Origin: Nemertoderma westbladi
Taxonomy: Eukaryota > Animalia > Xenacoelomorpha
Assembly (NCBI GenBank): GCA_032718475.1
Contig: JAUCBJ010001825.1
Span: 1 to 64,000, forward strand
Reading direction: 5' to 3'
DNA length: 64,000 nucleotides
The translations under genes were made by a program, and so were the position numbers. Positions 47,396-60,100 of this stretch are shown here, one piece after another. The notes beneath the pieces are model-generated. The model saw only the letters and a program-made list of their open reading frames with translations. It was not told the DNA's origin and searched no databases. Every line of letters begins with the position of its first letter. Position 1 is the first letter of the stretch.

Positions 47396-49909
47396 GGCGT
47401 GTTTCCCATTCCTGAATCTGAGTAGGACCTCTATCCCTGAGTTGTATATGTTGGGACCCTCTAGCAGATAGTCGTTTAGGCATTTCCCGTCGGTCTTTGC
47501 CGATGCGTCCACTACCATCCGCAGTTTACCTTTCTTCGGATCTAAAGCCACGTGGAGTGGCAGGTAATATGTCCTGTCCGTGTTCGGTTCGTCGACCGGT
47601 AGCTCCACGGCCCATCCCTTCTCGACGTACTTTCTGATTGTCTTATGAATGTACTCATTCTTTTCGGGGCTCCGTTTTAACGTCTGTTTCAACTTACGAA
47701 GCCTCGTGAGTACCATTCCTTTATTATCGGGCAGTGGTAGCTTTGGTAGCTTCCATACCATTCCTATGGTATACCGCCCCTCGTCGCATCTCATAGACTC
47801 CTTTACGCTCTGCTGAGCCTGCTTGTCTTCCACCGAGGTCCCGACCCCGGTTTCCTTTAGTCCCTCAAAATCTTGCCTGAGCAGTCTCTTGAGCTGTTCC
47901 TCCGCTCTCTCATCCCCCATTTCTTGCATAGTTCCTGCGAACATGCATCCTGATGTCTCCGACATCCTAAATGGTATCTTACTCTTAATTGGGCCACTCA
48001 GCGCCCACCCGAACGGTGTCAATATCGCCACCGGGTCACACTGCCTGTCTTCGCCGAAGACCATTTGCATCCTTTCGTGGGCCGTCGGGCAGTCCATTCC
48101 TACTATGATGGATACCTTCCTAACGTCCACCTCTGGGATTGAGAAGTCGATATCATCCAGGAATTTATATTGTTCGACCTCGATGTTGGTTGGCCGCCTG
48201 GCATTGATATTTATTGACTCTATCACTTGGATGGGGTCGATGGTCGCCCCATAGTCGCATCCCGGTGCCACCGCTGCAATCGCGCACCGTCCGGTCCTCA
48301 TCTCCAGGACCTCATCTTTGTTAGAGATTGTTGTTACCGCCATTCTACTTGGCTTCGTTCTCAATCCTATCTCTTCGGCCACCCAATTTTCGATTAATGT
48401 GAAGGCAGCTCCACTATCAACCAGCATCAGTGTGGTCACTGATCGATTGCCTTCTCCAATCACTCGCACTGGTACTACCCCAAGTAGCACCGTTCCTCTC
48501 TTCTTCGCCCCTACTGTGCTCATTGCCATCGTTTGGCCTTTGCTTTGACCAAACTTGATTGGCGTCTCCTTGCATTGCCTAGCTCTATGTCCACTCATCA
48601 AACATCGCGAGCAGATCTCATTTCTTGCCGCGTATTCTACCTGATCTTCCCTGGGTAGCGCTTGCCAGTACCTCCAGTTCATGGTTTGATGAAGCGCATT
48701 TGTATGTAGCTGGCATTTGCTCTTTGGGTCGCAGCCGTCCTTGTACAGTGCATTGCGTATCGCAGTTGCATTTGTACCAAAGTCCCTACTATTCTTATTG
48801 TTTGGGTTCGGCCTACTGGGCGTACTGGGGTTATATTTATTTGTGTTGTTATTTTTCCCCTGTCCGCTCCATGATGTGGTCTTACCCCCGGCTACCTGTG
48901 GACTTGCAGTCCCCTGCGTCGCTGCGTATGGCAGTGATTGCCTGAGCTTTGGTAATGCGTTTGACGTGTTATGTTCTGGTTTCGGTCTATGGTAATCGGT
49001 TCTTGGTCCCTTTCCCAGGCTGTCCTCACTATAGACTGGGTCGGTTATTAATTCGGCTTCGTAGTTTAAGAAGCTCGACATTTCTTCTAAACCCGGTTCC
49101 GCACCCTTCCTATCTCGAGTGGAGAAAGTGTTTTTTCTCCACTTGTTGCGCAGCCACATCGGTAGCGCCTGCGCTATCGTGGTGATGTTGTTGGACGCGT
49201 TGAGTTCGTATGGCGAGTCTAGCATCTTTAGCACGATTAGCGCCTTTTCGACCTTGTTCGCGAACGTCTTAATGCTAACGGGATTATCCTGTAGGCCACC
49301 CGATGTTATGCCCCTCAGGGTTTGCTGGATGATCTTGGCCGGGTGCCCGTATTCCCTGTCCAGTGCCCGCCATGCCGTCGTGAAACCGCCCTCTATGCCC
49401 TGGTATTGCCTCACGATGTCGTATGCTGGGCCTCCTGTATATACTTGCAGATATTTTAGGCACTCCGCCTGCGTCAAGGTCTTTGTTAGTATTTCATTAC
49501 TATACATGCGCCAAAACTGCAGATATTCTTCCGGCCTACTCCCATCGAATTTAAACGGTTCCATGGGTGGTAACTCGATCCTAGTTTTTAACGCATCGAT
49601 CAACGTGGCCATCCCCATCGCCTGCGCTTCCAATGGGTTTGATGGATGTTGTATAGTTTCTCCTGTTGGGTGTGGTCCGTCCGTCCTATTTTCTACCTTC
49701 CTCTGGCTTGGGTATATCATTGGGGGTAGCGGCCCCCTCCATATTTCTGTGTTGCATGATCTATTTTCATCCAAGGGTCTCATTGTTCTTGCTCCTATCG
49801 GGGTATATTGTTGATATTGTGATGGGGGAATGTCACCCTGTCCCCCCCCCCCCCCCCCACCGGTATGTTTGGTACTGGGGTTGATGTTAATATATTGGGG
49901 CCCATGCAC
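47381..49909 (-). CDS. BEL/Pao gag core (DUF1759-like), zinc knuckles, aspartic protease and start of RT
   Basis: FKFDGS..EYLQFW, CSRCLMSGHRARQC, LVDSGA, YYLPLHVA, KLRMVVDASA, CLNDYLLEGP, VLLRFR. A 1-nt frameshift near 47393 joins it to the RT frame. Confidence 0.93.
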   Translation of the reverse strand: MHGPQYININPSTKHTGGGGGGGQGDIPPSQYQQYTPIGARTMRPLDENRSCNTEIWRGPLPPMIYPSQRKVENRTDGPHPTGETIQHPSNPLEAQAMGMATLIDALKTRIELPPMEPFKFDGSRPEEYLQFWRMYSNEILTKTLTQAECLKYLQVYTGGPAYDIVRQYQGIEGGFTTAWRALDREYGHPAKIIQQTLRGITSGGLQDNPVSIKTFANKVEKALIVLKMLDSPYELNASNNITTIAQALPMWLRNKWRKNTFSTRDRKGAEPGLEEMSSFLNYEAELITDPVYSEDSLGKGPRTDYHRPKPEHNTSNALPKLRQSLPYAATQGTASPQVAGGKTTSWSGQGKNNNTNKYNPSTPSRPNPNNKNSRDFGTNATAIRNALYKDGCDPKSKCQLHTNALHQTMNWRYWQALPREDQVEYAARNEICSRCLMSGHRARQCKETPIKFGQSKGQTMAMSTVGAKKRGTVLLGVVPVRVIGEGNRSVTTLMLVDSGAAFTLIENWVAEEIGLRTKPSRMAVTTISNKDEVLEMRTGRCAIAAVAPGCDYGATIDPIQVIESININARRPTNIEVEQYKFLDDIDFSIPEVDVRKVSIIVGMDCPTAHERMQMVFGEDRQCDPVAILTPFGWALSGPIKSKIPFRMSETSGCMFAGTMQEMGDERAEEQLKRLLRQDFEGLKETGVGTSVEDKQAQQSVKESMRCDEGRYTIGMVWKLPKLPLPDNKGMVLTRLRKLKQTLKRSPEKNEYIHKTIRKYVEKGWAVELPVDEPNTDRTYYLPLHVALDPKKGKLRMVVDASAKTDGKCLNDYLLEGPNIYNSGIEVLLRFRNGKHALPVT

Positions 49910-52900
49910 CTATCCGCAATAATTCCCCCCTCCCCTGGGTATATGTTATGTCCTTGCATGCTGTAGTCATACTGCTGTACTGGTACCGGTATAGGCCTAT
50001 CAGCTTCTGGCCTACCTGCCGGTATGTACTCCGCGACTTCCGGGTTTAATCCTGTCGTCCGCGCTGTCCTATCGCCTACATTATTCCTGCCAGCATGGCC
50101 TATGGTATGTGCAGTAAGGCCTACAGTATGTCCCACAGTCTGTATGTGTCGCTCGGGATCGAAGTTTATTCTTCTCGAATAATCCTCCCCGCGGCTACCG
50201 TATTCTCGATCGGTAGCTATATCCCACCGGGAAGTTTCTCTTCGACCCCCTCCACTGCTCTCGTCCTCGTGCTGGTACATCGCATACCCCTCTATCGGCG
50301 CGTAGTGCGCCTCGTCAGGTCGCGCCTCTCCGGGGCGACGGCAATCTCCCGAAGTTCGACCCGACCGACTCTCCGTTCCCATCTCGACTATTGACGGCTC
50401 GCTATCCGTCCTCGCTCTCCTATCGTTCGCGGCGATACTTCTCCTACTATCTTCTCTTCTTCTCTTTCCAGTGCAGTATTCCCGCTCGTGAGATCTCTCG
50501 TTGATCTCCCGGTTAAACTCCACTGTTCTTCTTCCCTCTTCTGATCGGGCTCGACGCTTCGTCTGCCCTCTCGCGACGTCAACCTGCCTCTCTCTGCTCG
50601 ATCGCACGCCGCTGGGGATACTCGCAATCCCCCTATTACTCTCCGTCGCCGGGTGTTGCGGTTTACCTAGCTCAGCCCGCGCATTATCCGCCGACGCCTG
50701 TGGGACACTCTCTGCCCCCCCCCCTCTCGCTACTAATTTGTTGTGGTGGGGCACCCGTAGCCCCCCCCCCCCCCCCCCCGCCCGCCGCATCTTACTTCAC
50801 TATCTCTTACTTCGCTACTATACCCCTCTCTAGCCGATACATCAACCCTACTGCGGCTGGGTCTATTCACCCCCGCCTCTCCCTCTGCTACTGTGTGGCC
50901 TACCAGGCCTACCTCGGGTTGGCTCAACCCCGCTACCTCCTGCCTACCAACTACGTGGCCTACCAGGCCGCCGTCGGGTTGGCTTAACCCCGCCACTTCC
51001 TGCCTACTAACTACGTGGCCTACCAGGCTGCCGTCGGGTTGGCTTAACCCCGCCACTTCCTGCCTACGAACTACGTGGCCTACCAGGCCCCTGTCTGCCA
51101 GGTTGTGTATGTCCGACACGTTCACATTAATAGCACCACCGTGATTGTCGCCAATTTGGCCCTCTAGTTCACCTAAATTATTTTGTGCACCAAAATTAGA
51201 AACAGACTACATTATTTGAATTATTTTGCAAATTCGGATTTGGATCATTATTTAAATTATTTGGATTAATTTGTAAATTCGAATTCGGATTATTATTTAA
51301 ATTATTTGGGTTATTTGTATTTAAGTTTAAATTACTACAACTAGGTAAAATATTTCCTGGAATAAAGGTTTGGTTAGAATTATCCAATACGGTACTATTA
51401 ATATTAACGTCGTCTACTGTAGTATTATTATTACCCCCCCCCGCCCGTACGGTCACACCAGTCTCGGGTTTGTCGTGCGGTTCCTGTAAGTGGGGTATTA
51501 ATAAATGTTTCCTCGACCCTTGGTTCCTCGAAAGCAGTCGAGCCAGCGTCACTCTCTGACAACCCCATCTGCACCAGTTTCAGTTTGTGCTTCTGTCTGG
51601 TTTGGTACTGAATAAGCCCCCTCAGACGGGTATTTAAACCCTCCCTCACACGCTTCTCCTCTGCCATTCTCTCCTTATTCTCCCGCGCGCTCTGGTCGGC
51701 CAATTCCTTCTCTCTCGCAACTCTCTCCATTCGTCTCGCCTCCCTCGCCACCTCACGCTCTTTACTTTCCGCCTCACGCTCCTTACGTTCCGCCTCGCGC
51801 TCTTTACGTTCACTCTGCTCTCTCGCCTCACGCTCTTTACGTTCACTCTGCACTCTCGCTTCACGCTCTTTTCATTCACTCTGCTCTCTCGCTTCACGCT
51901 CCTCTTGTTCCTTCCTCCCTATTTCCTCGCACTCCCTAAAGCTTCTCGCGGCCTTCTCGGCCCTCTCTCCGGTCTCTCTAATCAGTTCCATTTCCTTCTC
52001 TAATAGCGCCCTCCCCTCCTCTAACTGTCTCTCTACTTCTCTCTGGTCTTGCGCCGCTAGATCGACTTGGTAAGCCAAATTTAATTCCATCACCCGTCTT
52101 TCTTTTGCGGAGGATGTAGCAGACTTATCGGTTGTGACGGATTCCCTCCGTCTTCCCGTCCTACTAACTTTCCCCCGCCTCCCGGAACTTCCTCCGACCG
52201 ACGAGACCGAATCTTCGGGGTTAACCTCGGATTCGCCCTCCTGCGGTCTCTTCCAACCCACTAATTTTACTCCCCGGGCATCGACTCAGTATGGCCGTAT
52301 GTACACTACACTAGCCTGCATACCCATACACTCCCATAGATCAGACAGTTCGCTTGCAACCCCTTTCGCTCTGTCCTCGGCTAGTTCTCTCTGCCCAAAG
52401 CACATTAGGTAGTTAAAATGTTCGTTCGACTCACCTAGTCGCCTTTTCAACTTCACCTGGTCTATCTTGGCCCCTCCTTTGGTCTCTTTAAGTAGTTTTC
52501 GGGTCGCGTTGTAGGCCCGCCGAAGTCGATCGCTGACCCCGACGTCCTCGTCGCCGATATCTCCTCTATCTCTCCGGGTCCGGCGTCGTACCGGCGGCCC
52601 CACCGTCGCCATTCCGGTGGGCCGTCCGTCGCCCTCGGCCTGTGGCTGGCCGGCGACATCGGCACGTCGACCGCCGTCGTGTGTCGACTCGTCTCTCTCT
52701 CCTCCCGACTCGTCTCTCCTTTCTCTCGACTCGTCTCTACTTTCTCTCGACTCGTCTCTTCTTTCTCTCGACTCACCTTCTGGTTCCAGACGGCCCTCCT
52801 CATCCTGAATTGCCGGATCGCCCGTTACCGATGGGTCCGGCGTCGTGGGTCTATACCGTCTGGTCGCGGCCTCGCGGATCGTTAGGTCTCCGTCCAGGGT

Positions 52901-52933
52901 CCGCGGCGGTGTTGTTTCTCCCATTTGACTCAT
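49795..52933 (-). pseudogene. long N-terminal gag extension (low-complexity, coiled-coil and repeat segments), split by frameshifts
   Basis: Chain of adjacent minus-strand ORFs starting with ATG about 80 nt after the 5' LTR. Contains VNPEDSVSSVG (typical BEL gag 'P.DSVS'), E/R-rich coils and an Asn-rich block. Several breaks fall at poly-G runs. Confidence 0.7.
50893..51090. repeat. 60-bp coding repeat (~3.3 copies) within the gag extension
   Basis: Unit TACGTGGCCTACCAGGC...GGGTTGGCTTAACCCCGCCACTTCCTGCCTAC; encodes VGHVV.RQEVAGLSQP repeats on the minus strand. Confidence 0.85.
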
Positions 52934-53013
52934 CTTACTGGTAGCTGGCAGTCAGTTTGGGCTGTTGGTCTTTAATTACTGTTTAACTAGGGCAGCAGTT
53001 TGGGTTTAATTAC

Positions 53014-53580
53014 TGTGACGGGATCCACGGAGGATCCCGGTTTATCCGGTTTTCAATCTACGCGTCCCCGCCGTGTGTGAAAGGTAAAAGAGTTTATTGA
53101 TCGTCGTATATAGTTCTCCGGGTATAATAGTATAAGATGAAATATAAATGACACAGAATATAGGATATAATGTTGATAGTAAACGGAAGACGGGTGACGG
53201 TAATTAAAGTCCCGGTACTTCCCTAGCTAAACTAACCTAACTATGCACTGACTAAATGACACACTGACTAGATGATTCGCTGTACTGATAATATATATTG
53301 CACGGTTGGCCGTTGTTACATTACTCAGCCGGTGCCTTCCCCCCATTGGCTAATAACCCTGTTGTCGCCCTTTGCCTCCCTTGGAGTGTTTCCCCTCACT
53401 CCTGTTACTCTCTCTCTCTCTCAGGGGTGTAACCCCTGACCCCTATTGTGTGTGTGTGTGTGTGCTTTCTCCTTCCCACTTTGTTGGGGTGACACGAGGT
53501 TGATTGCTCACCCTCGTGTCCCCCAATATTGCTTAACGGCTCACTTTATGGGGTGGTTAGCGGAATTGAATAAGCTAACA
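53014..53580 (-). repeat. 5' LTR of the BEL/Pao element
   Basis: Direct repeat of 39558-40124, lying upstream of the gag ATG at 52933. Confidence 0.96.
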
Positions 53581-54141
53581 GCCCCCACGACTAAAATATT
53601 AAATTTTCCCTCTTTATTTCCCTCTCTTTGATTTATTGATGTTTGGTTAAATTTCTTAAATACTGAGTTTGTGATACAGTAGAATCGCTCAATATTAATC
53701 TGTATCTCATAACTGAGCTTCGTGCTGCGCGAAGACCCCACGAACGTGCTCATACTGCCAAGAATTTTATTCCCAAAAGTCCAGTCTTTTAATGGAAAGT
53801 GTACCCCCTTCCTGTCCTGTATGTTATGGTTTGTACTCATCTGTTGCGAATTTAATCATTGTCAATAACATTACCAGTGTAGAATCCCAAATAGTTTATT
53901 CTAAAAATATTGGGATGAATATTTTTAGAAGGGATTTCTGTGAAATGTTCTTAAAATTATATTATTATGTTTACGTCCTTTGAATTGTCTACATTTTATA
54001 CTGTGGCATTAACAGGGTAGATTAATTTCATTACTGCATCGACATCGGCATAAGGTAATTTTTAATATTTATGTCAACTTGAGACGCCACAATCTGAATT
54101 AAAAAACACAAATTTTCAATCAATACCTGCCTGCCATCAAT

Positions 54142-57100
54142 CTCACGTACTGCGGTACAACCGTCTGTGCCTTATGGGTTGGGGTGCAGATTAAAAGGGG
54201 TGTAACTGAACCCTCACGTACTGCGGTACAACCGTCTATGCCTTATGGGTTGGGGTGCAGATTAAAAGGGGTGGAACTGAACCCCCACGTACTGCGGTAC
54301 AACCGTCTGTGCCTTATGGGTTGGGGTGCATATTAAAAGGGGTTGAACTGAACCCTCACCTACTGCGGTACAACCGTCTGTGCCTTATGGGTTGGGGTGC
54401 ATATTAAAAGGGGTGTAACTGAACCCTCACGTACTGCGGTACAACCGTCTGTGCCTTATGGGTTGGGGTGCATATTAAAAGGGGTTGAACTGAACCATCA
54501 CGTACTGCGGTACAACCGTCTGTGCCTTATGGGTTGGGGTGCATATTAAAAGGGGTGGAACTGAACCCTCACGTACTGCGGTACAGCCGTCTGTGCCTTA
54601 TGGGTTGGGGTGCATATTAAAAGGGGTTGAACTGAACCCTCACGTACTGCGGTACAACCGTCTGTGCCTTATGGGTTGGGGTGCATATTAAAAGGGGTTG
54701 AACTGAACCATCACGTACTGCGGTACAACCGTCTGTGCCTTATGGGTTGGGGTGCATATTAAAAGGGGTGGAACTGAACCCTCACGTACTGCGGTACAAC
54801 CGTCTGTGCCTTATGGGTTGGGGTGCATATTAAAAGGGGTTGAACTGAACCATCACGTACTGCGGTACAACCATCTGTGCCTTATGGGTTGGGGTGCAGA
54901 TTAAAAGGGGTGGAACTGAACCCTCACGTACTGCGGTACAACCGTCTGTGCCTTATGGGTTGGGGTGCATATTAAAAGGGGTGGAACTGAACCCTTACGT
55001 ACTGCGGTACAACCGTCTGTGCCTTATGGGTTGGGGTGCAGATTAAAAGGGGTGGAACTGAACCCTCACATCCTGCGGTACAACCGTCTGTGCCTTATGG
55101 GTTGGGGTGCAGATTAAAAGGGGTGGAACTGAACCCTCACGTACTGCGGTACAACCGTCTGTGCCTTATGGGTTGGGGGTGCATATTAAAAGGGGTGTAA
55201 CTGAACCCTCACGTACTGCGGTACAACCGTCTGTACCTTATGGGTTTGGGTGCATATTAAAAGAGGTGGAACTGAACCCTCACGTACTGCGGTACAACCG
55301 TCTGTGCCTTATGGGTTGGGGTGCATATTAAAAGGGGTTGAACTGAACCCTCACGTACTGCGGTACAACTGTCTGTGCCTTATGGATTGGGGTGCAGATT
55401 AAAAGGGGTGGAACTGAACCCGCACGTACTGCGGTACAACCGTCTGTGCCTTATGGGTTGGGGTGCATAGTAAAAGGGGTTGAACTGAACCCTCACGTAC
55501 TGCGGTACAACCGTCTGTGCCTTATGGGTTGGGGTGCAGATTAAAAGGGGTGGAACTGAACCCTCACGTACTGCGGTACAACCGTCTGTGCCTTATGGGT
55601 TGGGGTGCATATTAAAAGGGGTTGAACTGAACCCTCACGTACTGCGGTACAACCGTCTGTGCCTTATGGGTTGGGGTGCATATTAAAAGGGGTTGAACTG
55701 AACCCTCACGTACTGCGGTACAACCGTCTGTGCCTTATGGGTTGGGGTGCATATTAAAAGGGGTTGAACTGAACCCTCACGTACTGCGGTACAACCGTCT
55801 GTGCCTTATGGGTTGGGGTGCATATTAAAAGGGGTGGAACTGAACCCGCACGTACTGCGGTACAACCGTCTGTGCCTTATGGGTTGGGGTGCATATTAAA
55901 AGGGGTGGAACTGAACCCTCACGTACTGCGGTACAACCGTCTGTGCCTTATGGGTTGGGGTGCAATTTAAAAGGGGTGGAACTGAACCCTCACGTACTGC
56001 GGTACAACCGTCTGTGCCTTATGGGTTGGGGTGCATATTAAAAGGGGTTGAACTGAACCCTCACGTACTGCGGTACAACCGTCTGTGCCTTATGGGTTGG
56101 GGTGCATATTAAAAGGGGTTGAACTGAACCCTCACGTACTGCGGTACAACCGTCTGTGCCTTATGGGTTGGGGTGCAGATTAAAAGGGGTGGAACTGAAC
56201 CCTCACGTACTGCGGTACAACCGTCTGTGCCTTATGGGTTGGGGTGCATATTAAAAGGGGTTGAACTGAACCCTCACGTACTGCGGTACAACCGTCTGTG
56301 CCTTATGGGTTGGGGTGCATATTAAAAGGTGTGTAACTGAACCCTCACGTACTGCGGTACAACCGTCTGTGCCTTATGGGTTGGGGTGCATATTAAAAGG
56401 TGTGTAACTGAACCCTCACGTACTGCGGTACAACCGTCTGTGCCTTATGGGTTGGGGTGCATATTAAAAGGTGTGTAACTGAACCCTCACGTACTGCGGT
56501 ACAACCGTCTGTGCCTTATGGGTTGGGGTGCATATTAAAAGGTGTGTAACTGAACCCTCACGTACTGCGGTACAACCGTCTGTGCCTTATGGGTTGGGGT
56601 GCATATTAAAAGGTGTGTAACTGAACCCGCACGTACTGCGGTACAACCGTCTGTGCCTTATGGGTTGGGGTGCATATTAAAAGGTGTGTAACTGAACCCT
56701 CACGTACTGCGGTACAACCGTCTGTGCCTTATGGGTTGGGGTGCATATTAAAAGGTGTGTAACTGAACCCTCACGTACTGCGGTACAACCGTCTGTGCCT
56801 TATGGGTTGGGGTGCATATTAAAAGGTGTGTAACTGAACCCTCACGTACTGCGGTACAACCGTCTGTGCCTTATGGGTTGGGGTGCATATTAAAAGGGGT
56901 GTAACTGAACCCTCACGTACTGCGGTACAACCGTCTGTGCCTTATGGGTTGGGGTGCAGATTAAAAGGGGTGGAACTGAACCCTCACGTACTGCGGTACA
57001 ACCGTCTGTGCCTTATGGGTTGGGGTGCATATTAAAAGGTGTGTAACTGAACCCGCACGTACTGCGGTACAACCGTCTGTGCCTTATGGGTTGGGGTGCA

Positions 57101-60100
57101 GATTAAAAGGTGTGTAACTGAACCCTCACGTACTGCGGTACAACCGTCTGTGCCTTATGGGTTGGGGTGCATATTAAAAGGTGTGTAACTGAACCCGCAC
57201 GTACTGCGGTACAACCGTCTGTGCCTTATGGGTTGGGGTGCAGATTAAAAGGGGTGGAACTGAACCCTCACGTACTGCGGTACAACCGTCTGTGCCTTAT
57301 GGGTTGGGGTGCAGATTAAAAGGGGTGTGAACTGAACCCGCACGTACTGCGGTACAACCGTCTGTGCCTTATGGGTTGGGGTGCATATTAAAAGGGGTGT
57401 GAACTGAACCCTCACGTACTGCGGTACAACCGTCTGTGCCTTATGGGTTGGGGTGCATATTAAAAGGGGTGGAACTGAACCCTCACGTACTGCGGTACAA
57501 CCGTCTGTGCCTTATGGGTTGGGGTGCATATTAAAAGGGGTGTGAACTGAACCCTCACGTACTGCGGTACAACCGTCTGTGCCTTATGGGTTGGGGTGCA
57601 GATTAAAAGGGGTGGAACTGAACCCTCACGTACTGCGGTACAACCGTCTGTGCCTTATGGGTTGGGGTGCATATTAAAAGGGGTGGAACTGAACCCTCAC
57701 GTACTGCGGTACAACCGTCTGTGCCTTATGGGTTGGGGTGCATATTAAAAGGGGTGTAACTGAACCCTCACGTACTGCGGTACAACCGTCTGTGCCTTAT
57801 GGGTTGGGGTGCAGATTAAAAGGGGTGGAACTGAACCCTCACGTACTGCGGTACAACCGTCTGTGCCTTATGGGTTGGGGTGCATATTAAAAGGGGTGAA
57901 CTGAACCCTCACGTACTGCGGTACAACCGTCTGTCCTTATGGGTTGGGTGCATATTAAAAGGGTGAACTGAACCCTCACGTACTGCGGTACAACCGTCTG
58001 TGCCTTATGGGTTGGGGTGCATATTAAAAGGGGTTGAACTGAACCCTCACGTACTGCGGTACAACCGTCTGTGCCTTATGGGTTGGGGTGCAGATTAAAA
58101 GGGGTGGAACTGAACCCGCACGTACTGCGGTACAACCGTCTGTGCCTTATGGGTTGGGGTGCATATTAAAAGGGGTTGAACTGAACCCTCACGTACTGCG
58201 GTACAACCGTCTGTGCCTTATGGGTTGGGGTGCAGATTAAAAGGGGTGGAACTGAACCCTCACGTACTGCGGTACAACCGTCTGTGCCTTATGGGTTGGG
58301 GTGCATATTAAAAGGGGTGGAACTGAACCCTCACGTACTGCGGTACAACCGTCTGTGCCTTATGGGTTGGGGTGCATATTAAAAGGTGTGTAACTGAACC
58401 CGCACGTACTGCGGTACAACCGTCTGTGCCTTATGGGTTGGGGTGCAGATTAAAAGGGGTGGAACTGAACCCTCACGTACTGCGGTACAACCGTCTGTGC
58501 CTTATGGGTTGGGGTGCATATTAAAAGGTGTGTAACTGAACCCGCACGTACTGCGGTACAACCGTCTGTGCCTTATGGGTTGGGGTGCAGATTAAAAGGG
58601 GTGGAACTGAACCCTCACGTACTGCGGTACAACCGTCTGTGCCTTATGGGTTGGGGTGCAGATTAAAAGGGGTTGAACTGAACCCTCACGTACTGCGGTA
58701 CAACCGTCTGTGCCTTATGGGTTGGGGTGCAGATTAAAAGGGGTGTAACTGAACCCTCACGTACTGCGGTACAACCGTCTATGCCTTATGGGTTGGGGTG
58801 CAGATTAAAAGGGGTTGAACTGAACCCTCACGTACTGCGGTACAACCGTCTGTGCCTTATGGGTTGGGGTGCAGATTAAAAGGTGTGTAACTGAACCCTC
58901 ACGTACTGCGGTACAACCGTCTGTGCCTTATGGGTTGGGGTGCAGATTAAAAGGGGTTGAACTGAACCCTCACGTACTGCGGTACAACCGTCTGTGCCTT
59001 ATGGGTTGGGGTGCAGATTAAAAGGTGTGTAACTGAACCCTCACGTACTGCGGTACAACCGTCTGTGCCTTATGGGTTGGGGTGCATATTAAAAGGGGTG
59101 GAACTGAACCCTCACGTACTGCGGTACAACCGTCTGTGCCTTATGGGTTGGGGTGCATATTAAAAGGTGTGTAACTGAACCCGCACGTACTGCGGTACAA
59201 CCGTCTGTGCCTTATGGGTTGGGGTGCAGATTAAAAGGGGTGGAACTGAACCCTCACGTACTGCGGTACAACCGTCTGTGCCTTATGGGTTGGGGTGCAT
59301 ATTAAAAGGGGTGTAACTGAACCCGCACGTACTGCGGTACAACCGTCTGTGCCTTATGGGTTGGGGTGCAGATTAAAAGGGGTGGAACTGAACCCGCACG
59401 TACTGCGGTACAACCGTCTGTGCCTTATGGGTTGGGGTGCAGATTAAAAGGGGTTGAACTGAACCCTCACGTACTGCGGTACAACCGTCTGTGCCTTATG
59501 GGTTGGGGTGCATATTAAAAGGTGTGTAACTGAACCCGCACGTACTGCGGTACAACCGTCTGTGCCTTATGGGTTGGGGTGCAGATTAAAAGGGGTGGAA
59601 CTGAACCCTCACGTACTGCGGTACAACCGTCTGTGCCTTATGGGTTGGGGTGCAGATTAAAAGGTGTGGAACTGAACCCGCACGTACTGCGGTACAACCG
59701 TCTGTGCCTTATGGGTTGGGGTGCATATTAAAAGGGGTGGAACTGAACCCTCACGTACTGCGGTACAACCGTCTGTGCCTTATGGGTTGGGGTGCATATT
59801 AAAAGGGGTGGAACTGAACCCTCACGTACTGCGGTACAACCGTCTGTGCCTTATGGGTTGGGGTGCAGATTAAAAGGGGTGTAACTGAACCCTCACGTAC
59901 TGCGGTACAACCGTCTGTGCCTTATGGGTTGGGGTGCATATTAAAAGGGGTGGAACTGAACCCGCACGTACTGCGGTACAACCGTCTGTGCCTTATGGGT
60001 TGGGGTGCATATTAAAAGGGGTGGAACTGAACCCTCACGTACTGCGGTACAACCGTCTGTGCCTTATGGGTTGGGGTGCAGATTAAAAGGGGTGGAACTG

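Larger units (their letters stand above)
39558..53580 (-). mobile_element. full-length BEL/Pao LTR retrotransposon (~14.0 kb) with accessory ORF
   Basis: Two 567-bp TG..CA LTRs; 5-bp TSD GCCCC (39553-39557 and 53581-53585); G-rich PPT next to the 3' LTR; domain order gag-PR-RT-RH-IN with BEL/Pao-type motifs. Confidence 0.96.

Noticed and set aside
40894-52944. Plus-strand ORFs overlapping the BEL/Pao element
   Set aside because: Antisense shadows of GC-rich coding sequence, with no recognisable domains.
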